Counted from the stretch's first letter, positions 9,672 to 20,498 are shown. The stretch is DNA of 64,000 bases from an uncultured Planctomycetaceae bacterium (GCA_903871805.1 CAIQIE010000263.1:518-64517), one strand, 5' to 3'. Notes: generated from the letters alone by a model not told the origin. A program made the numbers and translations.

Positions 9672-10859
9672 TCAGGCTCCCAGGGCCTTCACGACTTTCT
9701 GAGCCGCGTCAGTCAGGTCACTGGCGGCGATGATCGCACGGCCACTGGCCAGCAGCATTTCGCGGGCCTTGTCGACGTTGGTTCCTTCCAGTCGCACAAC
9801 CAGAGGTACGTTGAAGCCCACCTTTTCGTAAGCGTTCAACAGAGCAGAAACAATAATGTCACAACGCATAATGCCGCCAAAGATGTTGACCAGCACAGCT
9901 TTGACATTTTTGTCTGCCAGGATGATCCGGAAGGCCTCTGTAACCTGATCTTCGTTTGCCCCACCGCCCACGTCAAGAAAGTTTGCCGGCTCGCCCCCAT
10001 GCAGTTTAATCAAATCCATGGTGCTCATCGCCAATCCCGCACCATTGACCAGGCAGCCGATGTTCCCGTTCAGTTTGACATAGCTAAGCCCTGTATCTGC
10101 GGCACGCACCTCGGAAGGATCTTCTTCCGCAAGATCCCGCAGAGCCACAACGTCTTTGTGACGAAACAGAGCGTTGTCATCAAAGGTCACCTTGGCATCC
10201 AGCGCCAGCATCTGGCCGTCTTCTGTGATGATCAAAGGATTGATTTCCACCATGCTGCAGTCATAGTTGACGAAGAACCTGCAGATCTGGGGCAGAAACT
10301 TTTCGGCACTGCGAACCGCAGTAGCGTCCAATCCCAGAGCATACGCCAGTTTGCGAGCTTGATATGGATACAGTCCAGCCACGGCGTCGAAGGGCTCAGA
10401 CAGAATTTTTTCCGGCGAATGCGCAGCAACCTCTTCAATTTCCATACCGCCTTCCGACGACATGATCAGAACAGGCCCACCCACTTCACGGTCGACAACG
10501 ATGCCAAGGTACAACTCTCTGACAATCTTCAGCCCCTGTTCTACAAACAGTGTGTTAACCTGCTTGCCCTCTTCACCAGTCTGAATCGTTACAAGAGTGT
10601 TTCCAAGCATCCTATCGGCGTTCTGTCTCGCTTCTTCTGCAGAACGCACCAGCACAACGCCACGCTGATCCGGCTGTTCCTTAAAGGATCCTTTACCACG
10701 ACCACCCGCATGAATCTGTGATTTCACAACAGCAATTGGACCACCCAGTGTTTCAAAGGCCCTGGCAGCCTCTTCCGGAGTCTTTGCGACAATCCCCTGA
10801 GGCACTGCCACACCGGCGGCTCGAAATAATTGCTTTCCCTGATATTCATGAATTTTCAT
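9672..10859 (-). CDS. sucC: Succinyl-CoA synthetase beta subunit
   Basis: 395 aa. Has the [13 protein letters not shown]-terminus, ATP-grasp blocks, and [18 protein letters not shown]. It lies immediately upstream of sucD on the same strand. Confidence 0.95.
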   Translation of the reverse strand: MKIHEYQGKQLFRAAGVAVPQGIVAKTPEEAARAFETLGGPIAVVKSQIHAGGRGKGSFKEQPDQRGVVLVRSAEEARQNADRMLGNTLVTIQTGEEGKQVNTLFVEQGLKIVRELYLGIVVDREVGGPVLIMSSEGGMEIEEVAAHSPEKILSEPFDAVAGLYPYQARKLAYALGLDATAVRSAEKFLPQICRFFVNYDCSMVEINPLIITEDGQMLALDAKVTFDDNALFRHKDVVALRDLAEEDPSEVRAADTGLSYVKLNGNIGCLVNGAGLAMSTMDLIKLHGGEPANFLDVGGGANEDQVTEAFRIILADKNVKAVLVNIFGGIMRCDIIVSALLNAYEKVGFNVPLVVRLEGTNVDKAREMLLASGRAIIAASDLTDAAQKVVKALGA

Positions 10860-10989
10860 AGAGGCCCATCAAATTCTGTTTGCCGGAACGATGAGAACGC
10901 TGCGTCAAATGACGCGCCATAATCAAAGAGAAACAAGCTATCCACTTCAATACACAACAAACAACAAGTACCTGCAGTTATCCTGCTAA

Positions 10990-11031
10990 AACACTGCCCT
11001 TGCCGAACACTGCCACTGCCGAACACTGCCA
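10990..11031. repeat. Short tandem direct repeats TGCCGAACACTGCCA (2 full copies plus 1 partial) upstream of sucC
   Basis: TGCCGAACACTGCCA occurs at 11001-11015 and 11017-11031, with a partial AACACTGCC at 10990-10998. The region is flanked by two copies of CTGCAGTTATCCTGC (10972-10986 and 11119-11133). Confidence 0.8.
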
Positions 11032-11489
11032 AAATCAATCAGATCTGGTAACTGCCAAAACCCTCGATCCTGCAAACCCACATCGTGGACCTGAGTCCGC
11101 GAGACCGGCCTGCTGGCACTGCAGTTATCCTGCGACTTACTGAAAATCCAGAATCAGCCTGTCAGGAGGCCGTTTGCAGGATCGAAGCCTTGAGAAGTTT
11201 CCGGAGCCTGAGCAGCGGCGCAAGCGTGATGATAGCATTTGAAAGCGAAGGCTTCGAGTTGTCAGAAGACTTCTGTCTGGAATTCCTGTGAAATCTGAGA
11301 TGCAACCGGCCTTATTTTACTTAAAGTTCCGGCTAACAGTCCGCACCTGCAGCAGAATGCCTCATTTTTACGCATCGATTGCCCGCTACTTTTGCCGATT
11401 GTGGCATTGGGGGTGAATCCCTGCGTTCATACGCCCTGTGCTGATGCACCAGTGCTGAACGTTACTCAGGCAATTCGCGTGGGCGCACT

Positions 11490-11924
11490 TTAATCCTGAA
11501 CAATTGGCAGCAGACTATTTCTGTGACGCACCATCGTAATTTGTCGACCGCCGTCGCCATACTCGCACACACTGAGGTAGGCACGCATTAACATCAGCCC
11601 ACGACCGCTGGGCCGTTCAATGAACTCTTCAAGCGTTGGATCAGGGACCGTTTCCGGGTTGAATCCCTCGCCCTGATCTGTCACGACGACCTCCATCTGA
11701 GTACTGTCGATCCGACACAGGACTTGCACTGTCTTGTCAGGATCCAGACGATTCCCGTGCCGGATCGCATTTGTGATGGCTTCCTCCAGCGAAAGGCGCA
11801 TCGCGAAAATATCACGCATACTGTATTCGAACAAATCCATGAAACCGATGAGTTGCTCCTGAACAGAAAGCCCATCGGTTGTGCAACTTGGTATGCGGAT
11901 TTCAAAGTGAACTGGTTCCACCAT
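11490..11924 (-). CDS. Anti-sigma factor / partner-switching serine kinase (RsbW/SpoIIAB-like HATPase)
   Basis: 144 aa. Contains EEAITNAIRHGN (N-box-like), VVVTDQGEGF (G1-like) and GRGLMLMRAY (G2-like), which is the typical single-domain GHKL anti-sigma kinase pattern. Confidence 0.75.
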   Translation of the reverse strand: MVEPVHFEIRIPSCTTDGLSVQEQLIGFMDLFEYSMRDIFAMRLSLEEAITNAIRHGNRLDPDKTVQVLCRIDSTQMEVVVTDQGEGFNPETVPDPTLEEFIERPSGRGLMLMRAYLSVCEYGDGGRQITMVRHRNSLLPIVQD

Positions 11925-11997
11925 GGCTGCGCCGAACTCTCCGCCGAATCAGTCGCCAGAAATGATCCTGACACCAGCCAGGAACAGGTATGCAGTT

Positions 11998-12351
11998 CTA
12001 GAATTTTGCCAGCGCTGCATCGAGGTCTGCACAGATCGTCAGGATCTTATCCAGTTGAGTAATCCGGAATACCTCCAGAATATCCTTCTGGATGCAGCAC
12101 AGCACCATCTTCCCCTTGGCAGCAGCCACTTTTTTGTGCAATGTGATCAGCTTTCCCAGAGCGGCACTGGAGAGATACTCCACCACACTGAACTCAAGAA
12201 TCATCTTGCGACGACCATCCTTGTCCACCAGTGCAAATAATTCCTGTCCCAACGCTTCAATATTAGCCTCGTCAAGGATCTTCTTTTCCAGCAGCTTCAC
12301 TACCGTGACTCCACTGATTTCCTCGATATCAATGCGGCGATCTTTTGACAT
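11998..12351 (-). CDS. STAS-domain anti-sigma-factor antagonist (SpoIIAA/RsbV-like)
   Basis: The product from the internal ATG (MSKDRRIDIEEISGVTVVKL...) is about 117 aa and has the STAS pattern, including the conserved phosphorylatable region VEYLSSAALGKLI. The longer ORF-track form (to 12513) adds a non-STAS-like N-extension. Confidence 0.8.
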   Translation of the reverse strand: MSKDRRIDIEEISGVTVVKLLEKKILDEANIEALGQELFALVDKDGRRKMILEFSVVEYLSSAALGKLITLHKKVAAAKGKMVLCCIQKDILEVFRITQLDKILTICADLDAALAKF

Positions 12352-13301
12352 GAATGGGCCCTGCTCTGTGATGATACTCGACACGTGATGTGGCGCTGAC
12401 GACTGGAAATCCCGAATCCGCAAGTCAGGAAAAACCGGGATTTCCCCTGAAACGTAGTGCCTTTTAGCCCCGAGGCAAGCCGGTAAGGTCGCCCACATTC
12501 GAATTCTCCTCACTATCTAATAACCCTGAAGGTGCAGTCTGTCAAGTGTTCTGCACATCCATAAGGGGGCTGACCGGGGGGGTTGTAAGGAGATTTCGGC
12601 ATCTCAACATCTGCTCTCTGGAAACTGCCATCACCAGAATCTCTGACAGACGTAAGGAGATTGCCGCAAAAATGCTGAGAGTGTAGCTGAGGCAGAGGAG
12701 CGGAAGACTCTGCGTGAGCGCAACACAGCGCACACGAAAACAACGGAAGGTTGCTCTACGGTACTGCCTGAGATCGCGAAACTCGTTAATTGACGCGGTG
12801 ACTTCCTGACAAAGCCTGCCCAGTGTTTTGCTCGGCCAGCCGGGCGAGACTTACTGCATATTGTGTTCGCGGATCGCTTTGCGCTGTGCAACGCAAAGAC
12901 GCGGAAACCCACGATCGGGTGAGAAACGAAATGGTGACAGGTTCCTGTATCCTGATCCTCAAGGAGTGACGAGGCAAAAACAGGGGGGCCGGGGTTCTGC
13001 GGCTGAGCCAGCGGACTCGTTCGCGGCGGACGGGCAGGGCTCGACATCGCTCGATGCAGGGAGGAAGCACGCCAGCACGTCGTCACAACTGAGCCGGGGA
13101 AGGTCTCCTCTGAGGGAGAGCGCCCTGAATTCACAGTCTGTCATCCGCGCGAGAGCGGGGGTCCAGTTTGTGAGGCCGGGTTCTCGCATCCGCTGGAATC
13201 ACACAAGCGGGCAGAAATATCACCGCCAACTCAATTTCTGCCTGCAGGTCCTGCACAGCGTACCGCAGACACAGGGATTGCTGCGGAAAGCGATCCACTT
13301 A

Positions 13302-14747
13302 TCACGCGGCGCGGCGACGTGGGAGGGCGTGTGCCTGTTCGGGGAGATCCACAAGTGCATGGATTGAGCCGAAGACCGGTACCGTCTTCGGCAAGTCTGA
13401 CGGAGGCATCAACGTTGCGCGAATGGGACTGGTTGGCCCCAGCATTGTCGAGATCACATGCCCATTCACTGTGCTCATGGGCTCGATCTGGAAATGGAAT
13501 CGCTTCAGCATGATGGTCAATGCCGTCCGGATTTCCACCATCGCCAGGGGTGCACCGATACACATTCGTGGCCCGGCCCCGAAAGGCAGGTAGCTGTAGG
13601 CCGACGGGCTGATGGACTGCCAGCGTTCAGGAATAAACGCATCAGGATTTTCGTACAGGTCCCGGCGGTGATGAGTGATATATTGACTGAAAATGACCGG
13701 AGTGCCGGCATTCAGATGCAGGTTCCCAAGGGTCACAGGCTCTGCTGTCACGCGCTGAGAATAGGACGACGCCGGAAGGACTCGCATGCTTTCACGAATC
13801 ACAGCATCCAGATAGGGAAGCTGTTCAAGTTCATCCAGCCGGGGAATGTCTCCGGCAACCTGAGCATCCAGCTCAGCTTTCAGCTTTTGCAGGATCTGCG
13901 GGTGCTGCGAAAGCAAAAATAACGTCCAGCTAAACGTATGCGCTGTTGTCAGATGGGCCGCGGCGAACAGCAGCGTGGCATGTCCGACGAGCTGATCATC
14001 GGAAAGGCGTTGTTCACCGCCCACAGATTCCATCATGAGGCTCAGAATGTTCATGCCGTCAGAATGTCCGGTGCGCTGTTTCGCAAACATTTCCCTGATG
14101 GATTGTTCCAGTTCCTCTGCCTGTTTCAGAAGACTGTCGTACGCCTGAGCAAACTGCGGAGCCGACACCAGGGCCCCCATGCCGACTTCATGATTGCGAT
14201 GTGTCCAGCGATCGATGAGGTGCCCCAGTCGTTCGGCGAATTCCACATCGTCCACGCCGAACAGCAGCGCACTGGTCATTCGCAGCATGAACTGCACCAT
14301 TTCGGAATTCAGATCGCATTCCGCTCCGGGGATCCAGTTTTGGGTGAGTTCATCAGTGAGTCGGCAGATGATTCCGTGGTATCCCGGCAACGCCTTTTTT
14401 GCAAAGACATCTTTCAGGGATCGCCGTGTCTCGCGATGTTCGGCGCCATTCTGACTGAGCAGTCCCGCAGTGACTCGACGCTGCGAAGAATTTCGACTTC
14501 CGCGCACAGCGAAGAACTGTGACTGGAATACCTGACTGTCTGACAGCACCTGCCGGTTAAGTTCCGGAGAAAATACGAAAACCAGACGCTGACCATTGTC
14601 CTGAAGAACTGCCTGGTCACCAAATCGCTGCTGCAGACGCTTCATGCAGGCGATGGGGTCATCCGAAAACTGCAGCAGCGAACCGTATTCAACAGGCGCT
14701 GATGCGTCGTATAGTGATAAATGATGTGGAGCAGACATCCATGTCAT
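13302..14747 (-). CDS. Cytochrome P450 monooxygenase
   Basis: 481 aa. Has the haem-thiolate loop FGAGPRMCIGAPLA, the ExxR motif (ESMR) and the I-helix-like AAAHLTTAHT. Confidence 0.9.
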   Translation of the reverse strand: MTWMSAPHHLSLYDASAPVEYGSLLQFSDDPIACMKRLQQRFGDQAVLQDNGQRLVFVFSPELNRQVLSDSQVFQSQFFAVRGSRNSSQRRVTAGLLSQNGAEHRETRRSLKDVFAKKALPGYHGIICRLTDELTQNWIPGAECDLNSEMVQFMLRMTSALLFGVDDVEFAERLGHLIDRWTHRNHEVGMGALVSAPQFAQAYDSLLKQAEELEQSIREMFAKQRTGHSDGMNILSLMMESVGGEQRLSDDQLVGHATLLFAAAHLTTAHTFSWTLFLLSQHPQILQKLKAELDAQVAGDIPRLDELEQLPYLDAVIRESMRVLPASSYSQRVTAEPVTLGNLHLNAGTPVIFSQYITHHRRDLYENPDAFIPERWQSISPSAYSYLPFGAGPRMCIGAPLAMVEIRTALTIMLKRFHFQIEPMSTVNGHVISTMLGPTSPIRATLMPPSDLPKTVPVFGSIHALVDLPEQAHALPRRRAA

Positions 14748-14861
14748 TCCAGTGAGGACCGTGTCGGGATCCAGCCCGCAAAACTGGATTATAACACACC
14801 AGAGAAAACTGGCTAATGCAGAATTTCCCCCGAATCTGCCCGGATCAAAGAGATCCTGAAA

Positions 14862-15776
14862 TCAGGAGGCCTTGTTGCGGGAGGCATGTGGGTGGGCTTT
14901 TTCATACGTTTCTCGCAGTCGCCGGGTGCTGACATGGGTGTAAATCTGCGTAGTTGTCAGACTTTTGTGGCCCAGAAGTTCCTGGACACTGCGAAGATCC
15001 GCCCCACCATCAAGCAGATGAGTTGCGAAGGTGTGGCGAAGTGTATGTGGTGTGGTCTGCTGGGAAAGACCGGCAGTCTGAATATGAGTTTCCAGAAGTC
15101 GGCCGATGCTGCGCGTTGTCAGACGTCGCCCAAAACGGTTCAGAAAAATGGCTGCTCGCTGTTTTTCCGAGGCCTTCGGATCCGGCTGACGGACTTCCAT
15201 CCATGTATCGAGGGCTTTTGTGGCGTAACTGCCGACGGGTGCCAGTCGCTCTTTTCGGCCTTTTCCAAAAACCCGCAGAATTCCGGCATTACGATCCCAA
15301 TCGGACACATTGAGTCCGACCAGTTCTGAGACACGGAGGCCGGCGGAATACATGGTCTCCAGGATCGCCCTGTCTCGAAGCCCGGCAGGGCAGTTTGCCG
15401 GCGGGGCGATGAGCAGAGCACCAATTTGCTCAGTAGTCAGAAAGTGGGGCAGTTTTCGGCCTGCTCTGGGGGTCCGCAGTGGCTTGGCCGGGTTAAGTTC
15501 ACAGATTCCTTCGCGATTGCAATACCGAAAGAAGCTGCGAAGGCAGGCCAGACGTCTGGCCACAGTCGTTCGTGCGTAGCCACATTCGTGAAGCCACGAC
15601 ACATAGCTTCGAAGTATTCCGACATCCACGTGGCGTGGTTCAGGAATGTTCCCGGTCTGCTCCTTCAGGAACTCGACGATATGAGCCATGTCATCAGCGT
15701 AGGATTTGACTGTCAGAGCGGACGAGTTGCGTTCCACATGCAGGTAATTCAGGAACTTTTGAATGGCGGATTCCAT
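14862..15776 (-). CDS. xerC: Tyrosine recombinase XerC/XerD family
   Basis: N-terminal SAM-like core-binding domain ([18 protein letters not shown]). Catalytic residues sit in context: [46 protein letters not shown]. The likely start is the ATG at 15776; the ORF track extends to 15851. Confidence 0.9.
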   Translation of the reverse strand: MESAIQKFLNYLHVERNSSALTVKSYADDMAHIVEFLKEQTGNIPEPRHVDVGILRSYVSWLHECGYARTTVARRLACLRSFFRYCNREGICELNPAKPLRTPRAGRKLPHFLTTEQIGALLIAPPANCPAGLRDRAILETMYSAGLRVSELVGLNVSDWDRNAGILRVFGKGRKERLAPVGSYATKALDTWMEVRQPDPKASEKQRAAIFLNRFGRRLTTRSIGRLLETHIQTAGLSQQTTPHTLRHTFATHLLDGGADLRSVQELLGHKSLTTTQIYTHVSTRRLRETYEKAHPHASRNKAS

Positions 15777-15900
15777 ATCCAGTCCTGTTTTGCCGGGGGG
15801 CCATGAAAATGCTGCCGCAGTCTGATTCAGACATCGCGGGCCGGCCTGCATTACAGTGGTTTCCCGCTCGTCTGTGCGCTAAGTAGCAGCGACGCGACTG

Positions 15901-16128
15901 TCAGAAGAATGCCTGGAAGTCCTCGGCCTTATCGTTCAGGTGACTTTCCTGAAGGTCCATCAGGCGATCGTGCAGCGTTGCAGCATCGCGCCATGTGAAG
16001 TCCAGTTCCGGATCTTCCGCAAACCTTGCGAGTTGGGCGCGAACGGTATCGAGACTCTGATCGTCGTAGAGAAATAAGTATTTGTGACCGTCCCGAACCA
16101 GTGCCAGAACGTTGACTGCCTTTGCCAT
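15901..16128 (-). CDS. Small hypothetical protein
   Basis: 75-aa product from the internal ATG (MAKAVNVLALVRDGHKYLFLYDD...) with a globular-looking composition. No recognisable motif. Confidence 0.4.
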   Translation of the reverse strand: MAKAVNVLALVRDGHKYLFLYDDQSLDTVRAQLARFAEDPELDFTWRDAATLHDRLMDLQESHLNDKAEDFQAFF

Positions 16129-16722
16129 GTACTGAGTTCCTTCGAATCCCTGCGGTGTCCGAGGGAAATTTTCCGCTAAAATGGCTGATTTTTCCAAGAA
16201 ATCTGTCGGTGGGCAGAATCCGGGTGCAAGTCATTCTGACAAGATTCTCCGCGAAGATTATCGGACGATGTTCGGCGAAGTCCTGCGTTAAACTACGGAA
16301 TCGGAAAAGTCACGAGATTTCCAGTGCCATGCTCTGTCATCTCCTGTACAAATTCCCCGGTGCACGGCAGATTGTGCGCGTATGGCAGACTGGAAACTGT
16401 GTTCAGTGGGATTGTGCGTGACAGATGGCCTGCGGTGTCCGACAATGTCGCAGACATTGCGGAGCAGACATGCTGCCGCGGGCAACTTCCTGCCGGGAGG
16501 AATCGTCACAAAAACAGGTCGGCACGGTGCACCATTTAACAGGTTGTTTGTGTGAGTAGTCGTGTATAGTGTTCTCCGTCGGGTCAGCAGCGATTCAGAT
16601 GCTGCTTCACGGTGTCAGGTCGGACCATTCCCAGGGCTTCGGCAGGGCCATAGCATCATCTGCAACGGCACTGTGCGAGAGAACGACGTTAACAGCATGC
16701 GGCACCGCCGCGGGACAGGATC

Positions 16723-18162
16723 ATGAGTTCAGTGGAGACAAATCGTTCCGGAGCAAAATCGTCCGGAGACTCGCCATCAGCAATTCTCAGACTGCCAGCC
16801 AGTTTTCGAGTTGCGGCGTCAGGGCGGTTGTTTGACCCGGTGGGGCGCGAATCCGAAGCCGAATCCATTACTGTTCGGATTCGCTGGTTCGGGCTCTGTG
16901 TGGGCTATCTGTATGTCAACTTCGGAACACGGGATGGAAGTCTGCCGGAACTGAATGCGATGCTGACCCTTGGTGCGGCTTATGCAATGGTCGACACACT
17001 GGCCAGCTGGAAGGGGAAGCTGCTGCTGACCAACTACCGAGTGGGCATTTCCATGATGGAGGCCCTGTTTATTGGCTTGCTGTGTCACTTTGACGAGGGC
17101 GTGACCAGTCCGTTTCGTTTTTACTACTTTCTTTCCCTGCTGGTCTGTGCGATCCGACATTCTCCATCGCTGACCTTCACCACATTCTGTCTGCATTCCA
17201 TCAGCTATATCCTGCTGGGTTTGTACGGCAATCCGCGAGTTCCGCTTGAAGTGCGTGAAGCCACACAGACGCAGCACGACATCGTGACCGTGATTCTGAC
17301 ACTCGTATTCCTTGGCTGGGGCGCCTGGGCAATCATTGCTCTGACCGGACTACTGAAAAAAGCCGGCCAGAGACTTGCCATTTTGAATGAAGAACTGCAG
17401 TCGAATCAGCAGCATCTGGAACGCAGGATTGCCGCACGTTCCAAAGAACTGCAGGAGTCTCAGGCGATGCTGGTGCAGCAGGAGAAGCAGGCGGCCTTTG
17501 GACTGCTGGCCGCCGGGATTGCTCATGAAGTTGGCAATCCCCTCGCTTCCATCAGCTCCATCGTGCAAATGCTCAGTCGCAAAAACAACGACGATTATGT
17601 TCGGGAGCGGCTGGATATGGTCGACGGGCAGTTGCAGCGAATTCAAAGAACACTGCGGGAACTGACCAGCTTCAGTCGTCCCGCCAGTCAGCAGCAATCG
17701 TCGGTGGACGTGCATGCCGCAATCAATGATGCGCTGAACATCGCCAAGTATTACAAGCGATGGAAGGGGAAATCGGCAACCACTGTTTTTTCGCCCGGCT
17801 TGCCAAACATTCGGACGGTTTACGATCAGCTGGTACAGGTCATGCTGAATCTGATTCTGAATGCCCTGGATGCGATGAATGAGGGAGCCGCAATGGAGAT
17901 TTCCACCACAGTGATTCCGGCAGAAGGCAGTCTCCCGGAACGTATCGGGATTCGTGTGAAAGACGAAGGGCACGGGATTACTTCGGAAGCGCAGAGGCAG
18001 ATCTTTCAGCCCTACTTCACCACCAAGGATCATGGCACGGGGCTGGGATTGTTCGTGTGTCGCCACATTACTCGACAGTCGCTGGCTGGCGACATAGAAC
18101 TCGTGCGATCCGACTCGGGCGGCACAGAGTTCCTGGTAACGATTCCCGCAAAGAGAATCTGA
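16723..18162 (+). CDS. Membrane sensor histidine kinase
   Basis: Has about 5 predicted TM helices, a coiled coil, the H-box AAGIAHEVGNPL, the N-box LILNALDAM, and G-boxes VKDEGHGI and GTGLGL. No response regulator is adjacent. Confidence 0.85.
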   Translation: MSSVETNRSGAKSSGDSPSAILRLPASFRVAASGRLFDPVGRESEAESITVRIRWFGLCVGYLYVNFGTRDGSLPELNAMLTLGAAYAMVDTLASWKGKLLLTNYRVGISMMEALFIGLLCHFDEGVTSPFRFYYFLSLLVCAIRHSPSLTFTTFCLHSISYILLGLYGNPRVPLEVREATQTQHDIVTVILTLVFLGWGAWAIIALTGLLKKAGQRLAILNEELQSNQQHLERRIAARSKELQESQAMLVQQEKQAAFGLLAAGIAHEVGNPLASISSIVQMLSRKNNDDYVRERLDMVDGQLQRIQRTLRELTSFSRPASQQQSSVDVHAAINDALNIAKYYKRWKGKSATTVFSPGLPNIRTVYDQLVQVMLNLILNALDAMNEGAAMEISTTVIPAEGSLPERIGIRVKDEGHGITSEAQRQIFQPYFTTKDHGTGLGLFVCRHITRQSLAGDIELVRSDSGGTEFLVTIPAKRI

Positions 18163-18412
18163 ATCAGGGACTAAGCTGTCTCTGGGGCCGCTCACAGCAG
18201 GGCGTCGCAACGGAACTGATGTTGCCGGCAGAAGTGCTGACGCAAAACTGATGGTGGCTGCTGTTGGTTCATTTAAAGAATTCGATTCCGGGAAATCCCT
18301 GCCAATTCAACTCTGAAAGCTGTCACCGCAGGGATGGATGGTCAAGAATGCCGGGGGGCCGGCACTATGTTTTTCAATACCGGAACGACCGGTCGCCTGG
18401 TGGGAGTGTTTT

Positions 18413-19300
18413 ATGACGTCCGAAGAGATCTGTTTGCCGGGAATGTCAAGCTGCGCCGGTCAATATGTTGCCACCGTTTCGCGGGTTCGTCACCTCGCCA
18501 GGGATACGTGGGCGGTTCGGGTGGAATGTCCGCAGCTGGCCGAGACGATTGTTCCGGGGCAGTTCTTCATGATTCGTCCACTGACCGGCAGCGATCCGCT
18601 CCTGGGGCGTCCATTTGCGTTCTACGATGTCTGCTGCAATGACGCTGGTCGGCCTGTGGCTGTGGAATTCGGTTTCGTCCGGGTCGGCAAGATGACGACA
18701 CTGATGAGTCACTGGAGGGAAGGCGAGCAGGTCAGTCTCTGGGGACCACTCGGCAATGGGTTCCCGGTGCCAGCCTGTGAACACCTGATCTGCGTTGCGG
18801 GCGGCATTGGCCAGACGCCGTTTCTGGGTGTTGCCAAAGAGGTCCTCGGGCTTGCCGAGTATGGAAATCCTCCGCGACAGCCTGCGACACGCCCTTCAAA
18901 GGTAACTCTGTGCTATGGTGTCAGGTCGCAACCATGGCTGGCCGGACTTGATGACTTCAAACTGCCCGGACTGGAACTGCAGATTGCCACTGACGATGGC
19001 TCCTTTGGGCATCACGGATACGTGACATCACTTCTGCGAAATCAACTGCAGCAAAATCGGCAGGGCGTTCATGTCTACTGCTGCGGACCGGAGCCGATGA
19101 TGAAGGCCACCGCAGAAATCTGTGCAGCGGAAGATGTTCCGTGCTGGCTGTCCCTGGAAACGCCGATGGCCTGTGGTTTCGGGGCGTGCTTCAGCTGCGT
19201 CACCCGAGTTCGTGTGGCGGCTGATGAGTGGGACTATCGGCGTACCTGCGTGGAAGGTCCCGTTTTTCGGGCGGACCAGCTGGTTCTCAGCGACCATTGA
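18413..19300 (+). CDS. pyrK: PyrK-like FAD/NAD-binding 2Fe-2S electron-transfer subunit (dihydroorotate dehydrogenase B type)
   Basis: FNR-like fold blocks (GQFFMIRP, LWGPLGNGF, ICVAGGIGQTP, YCCGPEPMM) and a C-terminal cluster motif ACGFGACFSCV. No pyrD is adjacent, so the partner enzyme is uncertain. The ATG at 18413 is preferred; the ORF track starts at 18338. Confidence 0.7.
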   Translation: MTSEEICLPGMSSCAGQYVATVSRVRHLARDTWAVRVECPQLAETIVPGQFFMIRPLTGSDPLLGRPFAFYDVCCNDAGRPVAVEFGFVRVGKMTTLMSHWREGEQVSLWGPLGNGFPVPACEHLICVAGGIGQTPFLGVAKEVLGLAEYGNPPRQPATRPSKVTLCYGVRSQPWLAGLDDFKLPGLELQIATDDGSFGHHGYVTSLLRNQLQQNRQGVHVYCCGPEPMMKATAEICAAEDVPCWLSLETPMACGFGACFSCVTRVRVAADEWDYRRTCVEGPVFRADQLVLSDH

Positions 19301-19315
19301 GACTGAGTACTCCCC

Positions 19316-20455
19316 GTGTTTTCGGGGTTCGGGGTGAGCGACGTGTCGAATCAACTGCTGGCCATCACCATCGGTGATGTTGCGGGAATTGGACCGGAAG
19401 TGATTGTGCGATCGCTCAGATCGCCGCAGTTTCCGCATGCAGCCGTACCAGTCCTGATTGGTCCGCCGGAAGTTTTTCAGCGTGCGGCCAAACTGGTCGG
19501 CTGTACCCTGAATCTCTGCCTGACCGAAGGGGCTGGACTGACGTCTGACGTTTTTCGCCAAACGGTACTGGAAAACTGGAAAACCGGAACAGTGACCGTC
19601 TGTAATCCGGCAGGGCCTGCTGCCATCACGGCTCCACTCTGCAAAGTCAGTGCGGCAGCTGGTGATGCAGCGTTTCGTTGTTTAAGTCTGGCCATTCAAA
19701 TGACCTCGGCCGGATCTACTGACGCGATTGTCACTGCACCCCTTAACAAGGAATCCCTGCACCTTGCCGGTCACCACTATCCCGGACATACAGAGATCCT
19801 TGCAGAGCAGTGTGGAGTCAAAGACTTTGCAATGATGCTGCACCTTCCCGAAACGGCACTCAGGCCACTGCGGCAACTGCTGCTGCGTTCACCGGCATCA
19901 CCTGGTCCGGAAACAGCCTCCGGCGGCCATGGTCTCAGTATCGCCCATGTAACCCTGCATACTTCGGTGGCGAGCGTTTCAGGATTACTGTCCGTCGAAT
20001 CGATCGAAGAAAAAGTTCATCTCATGGATGGTTTTCTCTGCCGGGCCGGCTGTGGTCGCCGATCCATCGCCGTCTGTGCTCTGAATCCCCATGGTGGTGA
20101 GCATGGATTGTTTGGAAATGAAGAGGCGGAGATCATCGAGCCCGCCGTGGCCAGGTGCCGTGGGTCAGTCCATGTTCATGGCCCACTGCCAGTCGACACG
20201 CTGATACGCCGAGCGGTTCTGGGAGAATTTGATGGTGTGGTAGCAATGTATCACGACCAGGGACACATTCCCGTCAAGCTGATCGGGTTTGATGCGGCCA
20301 TCAATATCACGCTGGGGCTCCCACTGATTCGGACAAGCCCTACTCACGGAACGGCATTTGACCGAGCGTGGAATGAATCTGCGCCTTCCAGTGAAGCCGG
20401 CATGCTGGAAGCAATTCGCATGGCGTATTCAATGGCACAGACCAGACACAACTAA
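19316..20455 (+). CDS. pdxA: 4-hydroxythreonine-4-phosphate dehydrogenase
   Basis: Contains ITIGDVAGIGPE, YPGHTEILAE, LNPHGGEHGLFGNEE and MYHDQGHIP, which are typical PdxA blocks. Confidence 0.88.
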   Translation: MFSGFGVSDVSNQLLAITIGDVAGIGPEVIVRSLRSPQFPHAAVPVLIGPPEVFQRAAKLVGCTLNLCLTEGAGLTSDVFRQTVLENWKTGTVTVCNPAGPAAITAPLCKVSAAAGDAAFRCLSLAIQMTSAGSTDAIVTAPLNKESLHLAGHHYPGHTEILAEQCGVKDFAMMLHLPETALRPLRQLLLRSPASPGPETASGGHGLSIAHVTLHTSVASVSGLLSVESIEEKVHLMDGFLCRAGCGRRSIAVCALNPHGGEHGLFGNEEAEIIEPAVARCRGSVHVHGPLPVDTLIRRAVLGEFDGVVAMYHDQGHIPVKLIGFDAAINITLGLPLIRTSPTHGTAFDRAWNESAPSSEAGMLEAIRMAYSMAQTRHN

Positions 20456-20498
20456 AGGCGGGACAGGCAACTCCACCGTCGTTGTACCGGGCAGAGAC

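Noticed and set aside
12631-13367. ORFs of 167 aa (minus strand) and 179 aa (plus strand) in the gap between the STAS gene and the P450.
   Set aside because: They mutually overlap, their translations are Arg/Ser/Pro/Ala-rich with no motifs, and one runs into the P450 3' end. They were treated as non-coding.
14862-15776. The tyrosine recombinase as a marker of an integrated mobile element or genomic island.
   Set aside because: The sequence has the XerC/XerD housekeeping pattern. There is no adjacent tRNA, flanking direct repeats, excisionase, or phage or transposon genes. The neighbours are ordinary chromosomal genes.
16606-16650. GTCAGGTCGGACC...GGCTTCGGCAGGGCC, resembling the GUCAGGUCCGGAAGGAAGCAGC core of SRP (4.5S) RNA.
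   Set aside because: The match breaks after 8 nt and the symmetric domain IV helix cannot be formed.
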